Below are positions 1-8,329 of a stretch of 20,644 nt of DNA, piece after piece. The stretch lies in the NCBI GenBank assembly GCA_009602725.1, contig WELB01000012.1, positions 554,701-575,344 of the forward strand, given 5' to 3'. Under the pieces are notes generated by a model that saw only the letters and a program-made list of their open reading frames with translations, was not told the DNA's origin and ran no database searches. The DNA comes from Spirogloea muscicola (lineage: Eukaryota). A program made the position numbers and the translations under genes. The stretch's first letter is position 1. Every line of letters starts with the position of its first letter.

Positions 1-512
1 GTCGGCCTGGCGGCTCGGGGCAAGGAGCGAAAATTTGCTGATCACCCGGTTGGTGATGAATCCGTGGCCCTGGCGATGGATGTACACGGGGCTTTCGGCA
101 GCCGCTGGCTGGATCTCCTTCAGCGGCTTGCCCGCCAGGCCATTGACCGGCGGCCGGGTCTGCCAGGGGCGATGCCCGGCTTCAAGGCCGCCGGTTCGCT
201 CGCCCAAGTCTTCCGCATGCGCCTGGCGGTATCACTTCAACGCTCCCTTGCCCACGCCGTCCACACGCGAGCAGGCGTGCCATGGCCGTCGCCTCTGGGT
301 CTCAGCGGAGTGCCTCTTTCCCTGCAGCGAGCTACTCAGACCTGATGTTGCTCACTCGTGGGTACTGAGCTTCCCTCTGCATCGTCTATGTGTTTTGCAG
401 TGGTTTGTAGCATAGTCCTTTTTCCGGCTCCTCTTTCTTTGGCTTTGGACATTGTCAATTCTTCTTTAGGCTGGCTTTGCCAGCCCCTCTTCTCCAGGGG
501 CGAGCACTTTCT
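1..512 (+). mobile_element. 3' end of CRE-like (RLE-type) non-LTR retrotransposon: endonuclease C-terminus plus 3' UTR, frameshifted, 5' part outside window
   Basis: Frame from base 1 reads VGLAARGKERKFADHPVGDESVALAMDVHGAFG...RMRLAVSLQRSLA, matching the KxxKY, FxPxAxx(x)xG and RLxVxLQR blocks of RLE non-LTR ORF ends. A 1-nt deletion near 276 shifts the frame, then ASYSDLMLLTRGY*TGA (366-368). The 3' UTR has a GGCTGG..CCAGCC hairpin and ends GGGCGAGCACTTTCT. Confidence 0.8.
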
Positions 513-589
513 CTGTGCGAAGGACTAAGACATCAGCAAAGGGGACTCTCAAAAACCTTTAGTCAGAAGATGCATGTCTGCTCGAGAAA

Positions 590-607
590 GAGAAAAGTGT
601 TCGCCCA
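590..607 (-). mobile_element. 18-nt micro-insertion of the retroelement 3' terminus with 12-bp TSD
   Basis: Reverse complement TGGGCGAACACTTTTCTC resembles the terminus GGGCGAGCACTTTCT (498-512). It is flanked by perfect direct repeats CTGCTCGAGAAA at 578-589 and 608-619. Confidence 0.65.
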
Positions 608-749
608 CTGCTCGAGAAAAGTGGTCACCTCGTCGGGCCTTTCTGCATTCCTGTTTTGTTCTCTAGCTTTTCGCACTTGCTGACTAGAGCAAAGTGAGCG
701 CCCATCGCAGAAGTCACGGAGAGCAGTTTCGCGTGTTTGGCGTCTTCCA

Positions 750-1025
750 ACGCTCCCTAGCCCACGCCGTCCACACGCGAGCAGGCCGTGATATGGCTGC
801 TGCCTCTGGATCTCGGCGGAGTGCCTCTTTCCCTGCAGCGAGCTACTCTGACTTGATGTTGCTCACTCGCGGGTACTGAGCTTCCCTCTGCATCGTCTCG
901 TGTTTTGTGGTTTAGTCCTTTTTCGGCACCGTTATTTTGGCTTTGGATATTGTCCATTCTTCTTGGGCTGGCTTAGCCAGCCCTTCTTCTCTATTTGTTT
1001 CTTCTCTATGAGCGAGCAATTCCTT
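750..1025 (+). mobile_element. 5'-truncated CRE-like retro tail (ORF end plus 3' UTR)
   Basis: Encodes QRSLAHAVHTRAGR...ASYSDLMLLTRGY* (stop 877-879). Closely similar to 238-512, including the UTR and the GGGCTGGC..GCCAGCCC hairpin. Confidence 0.8.
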
Positions 1026-1074
1026 CTGGCCTTCCAGGGCTCAAAGGGTCCCATCGCTTTCGGCTGTATGTCAT

Positions 1075-1162
1075 AAGCGCTTTGTGGCCCCTTCGGACAG
1101 TTGACATTTCTATGCGGGCTGCCTTTTCGAGGTTTAGAGTGCCTCGTGGGGAAGCCATTTCG
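1075..1162 (+). mobile_element. Degenerate retro 3' UTR fragment
   Basis: GCGCTTT..GGCCCCTTCG..CGGGCTGCCTTTTC..GGGAAGCCATTT resembles the UTR of the 2307-2609 and 7512-7678 subfamily. Confidence 0.45.
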
Positions 1163-1311
1163 TTTTCGCTTGGCCCCGCGCATTTCTTTTGAGCGGCGCC
1201 CGGGCGCTGCGGGGGCCGTCGGCGGCCGGCGTGGACCGCGGGCGAGCTGGCGCGGCGCAGCTGCGGCCCGGCCGAGTTGGGCCGGCGCCTCCCTCCCGCC
1301 GGGGCCCACCT

Positions 1312-1383
1312 TGTCAATCATTCTCAGGCTCACTGTTCATAGCCCTTGCCTCATCTTTGGGGCAAGGTGTTAGAGCCACTTCT
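1312..1383 (+). mobile_element. Short retro 3' UTR insertion with degenerate ~17-bp TSD
   Basis: TGTCAATC...AGAGCCACTTCT, flanked by CTCCCGCCGGGGCCCACCT (1293-1311) and CTCCGCCGGGGGCACCT (1384-1400). Confidence 0.6.
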
Positions 1384-1394
1384 CTCCGCCGGGG

Positions 1395-1490
1395 GCACCT
1401 GGGCCGCCGACGCCGGGCCGGCCCGCCCCACCCGGTGCGCCGAGGACGAGGAGGGAGGCGCCCCACTGGGCCCACTCCCGCCACTTCTCT
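1395..1490 (+). repeat. GC-rich dispersed repeat, second copy at ~2681-2815
   Basis: Both copies share GCACCT..GGGCCGCCGACGCCGG..GGCGCCCCACTGGGCCC(C)ACTCCCGCC. Confidence 0.7.
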
Positions 1491-1518
1491 CCTTCGCTCC
1501 CGCCGCTTCCTTTCTCCC

Positions 1519-1578
1519 TTGTCAATTCTTCTCGGGCTGGCTTCTCCCAGCCCTTGGCCCCATTTGGAGAGCCACTTT
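1519..1578 (+). mobile_element. Short retro 3' UTR insertion
   Basis: TTGTCAATTCTTCTCGGGCTGGCTTCTCCCAGCCC...GGAGAGCCACTTT, with a degenerate CTTCCT-initial TSD at 1506-1518 and 1579-1591 (10/13 match). Confidence 0.65.
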
Positions 1579-1640
1579 CTTCCTGCCTCTCTCTTCGGGT
1601 ATTGAGTGGTTCACCTCCCCCAACTCTGAGGCAGCGCCTT

Positions 1641-1850
1641 TGACCCCTTCGAACCTTCTTCATTCGTTTTGGCTTGCTGCTGTCTCAGTCCTTAGCACTC
1701 CGGGTCCTTCAGACCTTGTCCATTGTTTTGGGCTGGCCTCTCCCAGCCACCACTTAATCTGGCCGCGCTTGCTGCTTTGGGCTGGCCGTTCCCAGCCCCT
1801 ATCCTCTATGGGCGAGCTCTGCTTCCCTTTTCACAGCACCTCTGGGAGAG
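1641..1850 (+). mobile_element. Nested retro 3' UTR fragments of three subfamilies
   Basis: 1672-1773 is nearly identical to the reverse complement of ~6955-7058. 1778-1818 is a second tail flanked by CTGCTT (1772-1777 and 1819-1824). The flanks CCCCTTCGAACCTT.. and CTTTTCACAGC..GGGAGAG rejoin into a third, interrupted tail. Confidence 0.65.
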
Positions 1851-2077
1851 GCAGAGCCCTTGCTGCTGCCTCTGGCTCTGGCCAGGGGACCCGCTTCCAG
1901 GAACCCAGTCTCTCTGACCTGAGGCTGCTTAGCAGGGGTTACTGAGTGCTTCGTAGCTGCTTCGTTTCTTTTCTGTGCTTGTTGTTCTTCGTACTTCCCC
2001 TGGCCCCTTCTCGTCCTTTGTTCATTCTTTTCTGGGCTGGCTTTTTCCAGCCCTCATCCTCAATGGGCGAGCCTTCT
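1851..2077 (+). mobile_element. 5'-truncated CRE-like retro tail with 11-bp TSD
   Basis: Encodes RALAAASG...SLSDLRLLSRGY* (stop 1943-1945); the UTR ends GGGCGAGCCTTCT. TSD is CTCTGGGA(G/A)AG at 1840-1850 and 2078-2088. Confidence 0.8.
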
Positions 2078-2139
2078 CTCTGGGAAAGTCCGTGTCTTTC
2101 CATAGCCGACTACAGCCATTCCTCGGCCCCCCTGGAATC

Positions 2140-2300
2140 AGCGGGGTTGCTCTTCCTCCTCTCAGCTCATCTGACTTCCTACTGCTGACCCGGGGGTACT
2201 AAGAGCGCCCTGTCTGCCTAGGCTGTGGCTCCGTCAAGACGGCTGACGTCAGGACGGTTGACCCGGCTGACCCGTGCTTATTGAGCGGGTCAATCTGTTG
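2140..2300 (+). mobile_element. Retro ORF end with a divergent 3' UTR
   Basis: Encodes SSSDFLLLTRGY* (stop 2200-2202). The downstream hairpin TGACCCG-TGCTTATTGAG-CGGGTCA recurs in similar form at ~17380-17403. Confidence 0.55.
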
Positions 2301-2306
2301 TAGGTG

Positions 2307-2609
2307 AGAAGTGGCACTCCCAACGGGGGCAAGGGCTGTGAAAAGCCAGCCCGAGAAGAATTGACCAAGGTTCGAAGGGGCCAAATGACGGAGGGGCCTA
2401 AAAAGCGCTGAGCAGCTACGAAAGGGCCTGAAGATGCTATGCCAGAACGGGGGAGGATGTACCAAGTAGTTACGAGTGAGGAGCCTCAAATCCGACAAAC
2501 TAGCTGCTGGAAAACTATCCCCCTGCCGAAAGCCTGAGGCCGCAGCGAGAGCACGGCCAGCACGCAGATGCAAGGCGTGGGCCATGGACCGCTGAAGGGA
2601 GACTGACAA
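2307..2609 (-). mobile_element. CRE-like retro tail, 5' part lost in assembly gap
   Basis: Encodes LSVSLQRSMAHALHLRAGRALAAASGFRQGDSFPAASLSDLRLLTRNY. The UTR has GGGCTGGCTTTTCACAGCCC and ends GTGCCACTTCT. Confidence 0.8.
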
Positions 2610-2664
2610 NNNNNNNNNNNNNNNNNNNNNNNNNNNNNNNNNNNNNNNNNNNNNNNNNNNNNNN
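2610..2664. other. Assembly gap (N run) next to a poly-C tract
   Basis: 55 N bases followed by a C homopolymer. Confidence 0.99.
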
Positions 2665-2769
2665 CCCCCCCCCCCCCCCCGCACCTGTCGCACGTGGGGC
2701 CGCCGACGCCGGCCGGCCCCACCCACCGTCTGCGCGGAGACGCGGGGGAGGGGGGGGGCGCCCCCACTG

Positions 2770-2787
2770 AGTGAGACAACTGGCTCT
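2770..2787 (-). mobile_element. ~18-nt micro-insertion of the retro 3' terminus with 8-bp TSD
   Basis: Reverse complement AGAGCCAGTTGTCTCACT resembles AGAGCCACTTCTCTC. It is flanked by CCCCACTG (2762-2769 and 2788-2795). The paralogous repeat has a single CCCCACTG at 1461-1468, i.e. an empty site. Confidence 0.6.
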
Positions 2788-2956
2788 CCCCACTGGGCCC
2801 CACTCCCGCCGCTCCCCTTCTCCCCTTTATTTAGTCTTTTCAGACCGCTGCCGCCGTTTCTCGCGCCGCCTGCCTGGCCAGCCCCGGGCCCGGCCCCCCG
2901 GCCGGGCCCGCTGCCCCAAGCAACCCCACGGCTGCAGCCGCCGCCTGCCGCTGGTC

Positions 2957-5661
2957 ATGGCAGCGACGGCGGCGCCCGGCGGCTCCGCCCGGCGGCTCGC
3001 CGTCGCGCTCCTGGCCTTCGCGCTCTCCTGGGCCTGGCACGACGTTTCTGGCGGCCCGCCGCCCAGCCCGCAGCGGTCGCCCTGCTGGTCGCCTATACGC
3101 TCCGTGGCGGCGGTGGCGGCCATGGCGCGCTGCCTCCCGCCCCGCAGCCTCTGCAGGCCCACCCATGGCCGGCATCCGCCGCCGCTCCTGCACCCAGCGT
3201 GGCTTTCTCTTGCCTCCCTCAGCCGCGGTGCCGCCGCCGCCGCCGCCCGCCTTCTGGCACCGGCAGGCCGCCCACTGGGTACCGTGGCCGTGAGATCTGC
3301 CCGTCGTCGAACGATCATCACCTCCCTTGGGCAGCGGCAGTGGAAACGGCGTCGGCGGCTTGCCGATGAAGGAGGCGTTGGCGGCGCGTCGAGGGGCTAC
3401 CGGTGGGTGAATGTGACCATCACTGCACGGAGCAGGCCCTGCAGCTATGGGAGCTTCGCGCGGCGGCACACTGAGTGGCGGTTCATCCACACGGACGGCA
3501 CGCGGACCTTCGACGCCACCGATCTGGCCCTCGTGAGAGCCGAGCGGATCCTTGCCTCCGCCACCACGGCCAGGTCCCGTCGCAACATGCGCGTCGGCCT
3601 CCCGCCTGATGTGGGGCCACCTGAGTCACCTGATTGCCGACACTTTGTCCTGCCTCGCACAGCTCCACCACCGCCTGACGAATCTGTGCTGCGCCGCGAC
3701 TGGCGTGACAGCTTCTAAGAGGCAAGAAGGTTGTGTTCGTCGGGGACTCACTTACTGCCCAGCTCTGGGCGAACATCAGATCGTCACTGCAGAAGCACGG
3801 CTACAAGGACGTGGTCGGCTGCGGCACAAAAGTGTGGGCTCCTTCAACTTGCACTGCGGACAGCCTGGCTTGCATGGATGCTTCGAGAACCTCTGAACCC
3901 CTAGCTAAGGGCTTGATATCTGCGGCCGTGAGGCTACACCTTGGCACCACTGCGAGCAGGGTGAAGGCCGCTGAACACCTCTTAGAGTCTAAGCCTGAGC
4001 CCAGCTGTTTCGCTGCTACCAAGCTGTGGCAGCTCATTTAGGCCTGCAAGTGAACTGACTTTGCCCTATGTTCCTGGAGTGAAGCTGGTTCTACGACTGG
4101 AAACCAGATGACACCATAGAGCAAATGCTGGCCAAGGGCTCCAATGTCAAGGACCCCGTCAAGAAACCCTCCTCATTGAGGGAGGAGACAGTGCTCGGCG
4201 GGCCCTTTGAGAATGCCACCTTGACCTGCTGGCGAGGTACTGCACCTTTCATGTCTCTTTCCTGCACAACGCAGGCACTGAGGCCAGACTCCTGCTACAT
4301 CTGGCTCTCTGAGCTGCTTCTGACCACTAGCGGCAAGGAAATTTGCGAGGCTGGCATGCGCTGCCAAGGGAAGGCAATGCGTTGACTGCTGAGTGCCTCT
4401 CTGTGTGCGCAGCTTGCAGTTAGTTTGTTCACCTGCAGCATGGGCAACAGTCTTAATATGCCACATACAGTCTCTGTCTTACTCTGTCTTTACTGTGCCC
4501 TTATGTGCACTAATTGTCAGCATCAAGCTTGAGGTACTTACCACTTCACCAACTTGTCATCCTGCAGCCTTCCATATGCTTCCCAGCATTTATGAGTGGC
4601 CTGGCATGAATACATTCCCAGCCCAGCTCGAGTACATTGCCCAGAAGTTTGATGTGGTGAGCACCGGGGATGAGCATCGGCAACTTGCCGTTGTCTCGAC
4701 CTGCAAATGTGCTTCAAACCAGTTTGTGAGAGAGGCAACGGGGTTGAGCTTCTGCAACTTGCGGCTGACGACCTTTGGGTATAAGCTGTTGAAGAGGAAA
4801 TCAAGACAAAGTTACAGAAGATCAACCCTTTACTCCAGGCGTGTGTTTGACGGCCACAGTATCTTCTATCTTGCTGCAGGTCCTCTTCAATATTGGATTG
4901 CACTACCATAATTGGCAGGTAAAGGGCCTCCGGCACGATATGCATGTAGCAGCCGAGTACCTTGCGAGTTTCAACACACTGAAAAATCGTGTGGGGCTTT
5001 TCCGCGAGACCTTGCCGCAACACTTTTTTAGCCTCAGTGGCAATGGCATCTTCCCTTATCCATACAAGTATCCAGAGAATGCCACCAAGGCAGACCTTGC
5101 AATCTGCCACCCTGCACCTCGAGTGCATCAGGCAAGCTTTGCTCTCTCCTCCTGCTGGTGTGTGACAAGTTCGCCACGCATTTGCATGATATGGGAGCAA
5201 CACTGCCAAGAGAAGCAAGAATCAAGCAACTGTGTGAAGGAGTTGCTGGCTTCGCACGCTCTTTCATGATGGCAGCAGCGTCACTTCATGTTGACAGAAC
5301 GAGTCGCTTCTTGTTTGGTCTCTTTGAGCAGTGGCGGAATGATGTCATGTGGGAGGTAGCAATTAAGAAGCAGGTACCAGTTCAGCAGATCTTCCATCAG
5401 ATGGACATGCACGGCTTTCACGGGACACATCCTACGGTTACTGACTGTACGCACTGGGCCAACCTGGACATAACGTGGCTGCCTGCATTCGATACCACAT
5501 ACACCGCCGTAGCAGCAGGAATGTGCCGCTGGCAGATGCTGGCCAAGAGCGACTGTGACAACCACTTCCCTGCCGTCTATTTCAGCACAGTGCGACACCG
5601 AGAGCCAGACCTTGATGGTGCTGTGCACATGTCCAGCTGGGATTGGCCGCGTCAAGAGTAA
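2957..5661 (+). CDS. TBL / PC-esterase-like (GDS...DxxH) putative polysaccharide O-acyltransferase, paralog 1, ~506 aa, 6 exons
   Basis: Exons 2957-3532, 3712-3833, 4085-4236, 4568-4656, 4880-5131, 5332-5661 give a continuous 1521-nt frame. It has an N-terminal hydrophobic anchor LAVALLAFALSWAW and the motifs FDATDLALLLRGKKVVFVGDSL, FNIGLHY and TDCTHW. Sizes of exons 2-6 equal those of paralog 2. The structure of exon 1 is less certain. Confidence 0.85.
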
Positions 5662-6954
5662 CAGCACAGGTCAGTTTGGTGGAAACCTACGTCAATATGT
5701 CCCCATTCGGTTGAGGTCCTCAAGCAACTCGAGGGAAGGCTGTAACAAGATATTTTTATTGCTCCTCTTTCAGCACGTGGTAACGTAGAGATACATAGCC
5801 ACTTCAGTGAGCATGCCCAGTGATGCTCACCTATGATGACAGCTAGTGACAGCCTCTTCATCTTGTGCAACTTACCTTGCCCAGCTAGCCCAAGCAACAT
5901 ACAAAGCTTAGGTGATTGTGTTTTTGTACAGCAATTGTACTCAGCAATTTGTGCAGCAAATCAGCAGTCTATTCTTTATAGAGAAATTGAAGACAAGTCA
6001 GTGACATTGCTCCGCTTCTCAGCCAAGGGGATGGAGAGTACGAAATTAGAGGTTGGGGCTTCTCCTAGTGGGTTCCATTCGAGACTACTGAAGGTATATC
6101 GTACTTCATTCTGTGAGGCTGACCAGGGTCACATGCCTTCTTTCCTTCCTCTTCTTCCTTTTCTCTTCTTATCTTTCTCAAAATGTCCTACTTGTCAATG
6201 ACACAGTCTCTTCGTAATGCCCAGGACTGTTGCTTCATGCCATCATCAGATCTAAGCAACGCCCCGCTGCTTTAGATGCATGCAAACCATGTATAAAGGT
6301 ACTGATTTGGATGGTCAATAACATTACTGGAAGTATTGAGGACACGGCGATTCCGCTACTAAGATAAGTCATTCATTCTTTAGCTAAGCTTAAGCTGCAG
6401 GGATGTTAAGCAACTGCCGGGCACGACCTAGCTGCTGCCAGAATCCCGTGAGCCAGTGATGGGCCCCCTCCCTGACGTCCTTTGCTTGGGCGACTAGTCG
6501 TTGCCACCCACCCAGAGGATAATGACAACTTCAACCTGATTGATAAATGAGGTCGCCGAGTCCCCTACGCAGAGGACCAGTTGGATCCAGACTCCACCTA
6601 TGCTCGGGGGGTCACCCATCTCTGCCCTACCCACGCAAGGGATGGGGCTGCTGGCGCAGCAGCTAGCAGCCATCAAAACAACCCCCCCGCCGTCGGACAT
6701 AGCAGCCGCCATTGTTGTGGCACGGCCCGGGTAGCAGACTAATGGTACGGCAAGGGGAGAAGGCGCGCAGTGCGCATGATATGAATTGGTGGCCAATTCA
6801 AGCCAATACATTGCTTAGGCACAAAAAGTGCAAACAGCGGGGAGGGAACGGGCAGGGAACGGTAAGGATCTCAGCCGTGGTCAAGCCGGGGGTGGCCGTT
6901 CAGGGGCTGTTAGCGGCACTGTCGCCTGACGAGCCACTAAAGTCCGAGAGGAAG

Positions 6955-7454
6955 AGCAAGCGCGGCCAGATTAACTGGTGGCTGGGAGAGGCCAGCCCAA
7001 AAGAATGGACAAGGTCTGAAGGAGTCGGAGTGCTAAAGGACTGAGACAGCAGTAAGCGAACTCTCAGTTACCTCTCGTCAGTAGATGCAAATCTGAGTAG
7101 CTAGCAGGCGGAAAGACGTCGCCCTGACGGAAGCTGGAGGCCGCCGCCAGAGCGCGGCCTGCGCGCAAGTGGACCGCAAAAGCTAGGGACCGCTGCAAAG
7201 AGACGGCCAGGCGCATCCGGTAAACTTGGGCGAGGGACCCGGCGACATGGAAGCCAGGCTGCTCGCCTTGCTGCCCGTCGCGGCGGGCCGCTGCTCGCCG
7301 CGCAAGGCGGTGAAGGAGGTCCAGCCATTTGGCGCCAAAGGCGCCGTGTACGTCGACGGCGAGTGGGATAAACTCGTCGCCTACCAAGTGATCTGAGTAC
7401 TTGCGCTCCTCTGCGGCGGCCGCTTGGCGGACGGCGTAGCCCGCCTCCTCCGCC
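6955..7454 (-). mobile_element. 5'-truncated CRE-like retrotransposon copy (RLE C-terminus plus 3' UTR)
   Basis: Uninterrupted frame AEEAGYAVRQAAAAEERKYSDHLVGDEFIPLAVDVHGAFG...RMRLAVSLQRSLA...SYSDLHLLTRGN* (stop 7064-7066). The UTR ends GGCCGCGCTTGCT. TSD is GAGGAAG at 6948-6954 and 7455-7461. Confidence 0.85.
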
Positions 7455-7511
7455 GAGGAAGGGCTCGCCCGTAGAGGACCGCCTCAAGAAGTGCCGAGAG
7501 GGCCGCCTCAA

Positions 7512-7678
7512 GAAGTGGCTCTCCCAAACGGGGCGAGGGCTGTAAAAAGCCAGCCCGAAAAGAATAGACAAAAGGTTCGAAGGGGCCAACGACGGAGGGG
7601 CCTAAAAGCGCTGTCAGAACGGGTGTAGGATGGACCAGTCAGTAGCTACGAGTGAGGAGCCTCAAATCCGACAGACCA
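7512..7678 (-). mobile_element. 5'-truncated retro tail with perfect 10-bp TSD
   Basis: Encodes LSDLRLLTRSY* plus a UTR closely matching 2307-2500. TSD is GCCGCCTCAA at 7502-7511 and 7679-7688. Confidence 0.8.
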
Positions 7679-7897
7679 GCCGCCTCAATCCCGGAGCTGT
7701 TGCTACCGTCGGCGGGTGCCAGCCTGGGAACCGGCCTCTCCACCGCCCCAGGCGGGTGGGGGAGGCGCGGGGGGGCCCGCCCCAGGCGGTGGCGACGAGC
7801 TATCGTGCGCGGGCCTGGGGGAGGCTGCATGTGCTCACTCGTGGGTACAGTGAACCCATTGGCCAGCTTAGTGTCGCCTTACCAGGACTTTCGGAAG

Positions 7898-7962
7898 GCT
7901 CGTAAGCCCCATTCCTTTGGGCTGGCCTCTCACAGCCACCAGTCAATCTGGCCGCGCCTTCT
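7898..7962 (+). mobile_element. 65-nt retro 3' UTR insertion with perfect 10-bp TSD
   Basis: GGGCTGGCCTCTCACAGCC...GGCCGCGCCTTCT, flanked by CTTTCGGAAG (7888-7897 and 7963-7972). It lies just after another ORF-end fragment, LHVLTRGY (~7825-7848). Confidence 0.8.
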
Positions 7963-8329
7963 CTTTCGGAAGTCCTCCCTTTCAATCCATGCGCACCGGG
8001 CTCCTCTCTCTTCGGGGCTTTCCTCAGGGAGAGGAGGGGTAGATTTCTCTGGAGGCCTCACGCAGCCACTTTACAGGTGGACCACCTGTTCGCGTACGTG
8101 TCCCTGGGCTCAGGAGACCTCGCCGCTTGATTGGTGCAGAAGACGGGGCACTGGATCGGGGGGCCAAGCCCCAACCTCTCCTGGCTAAAGGGAACCCCAA
8201 GTCCCGGAGGTCATGGCAGGCATGCCTTGAATTCAAGCCACGCCTACCTCCGGGATGCCTAGTACCGGGCAGATTGGTCAGCGTTCAAGGCCGAGCCAAT
8301 GTACAGGGTCCACGAGCGGAGGCAAGTCT

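Noticed and set aside
1779..1820. Resemblance of GGCTGGCCGTTCCCAGCCCC..TCCTC..GGGCGAGC to the 5' half of an HDV-like ribozyme
   Set aside because: TSDs show the element ends right after this motif, so P4, J4/2 and the P2 3' strand are absent. Such ribozymes in non-LTR elements normally sit at the 5' end.
932..1945. Long GC-rich ORFs (e.g. 1346-1945, 932-1333, also 9675-10316 and 16819-17496)
   Set aside because: They run across TE junctions or antisense to real exons and have no recognisable domain; they are expected by chance at high GC.
2332..2352. Hairpin resembling the histone mRNA 3' stem-loop or an intrinsic terminator
   Set aside because: Stem and loop do not match the histone consensus, there is no histone gene, and it always occurs within retro 3' UTRs.
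4538..5218. 226-aa minus-strand ORF and similar antisense ORFs over the TBL and ferroportin exons
   Set aside because: Shadow frames of spliced genes on the opposite strand.
6420..6900. Short ORFs between TBL paralog 1 and the retro cluster
   Set aside because: No recognisable motif, repeat or splice structure.
7479..7688. CRISPR-like repeat/spacer pattern
   Set aside because: Repeats are only 9-10 bp, spacers are unequal and TE-derived, the context is eukaryotic and there are no cas genes.
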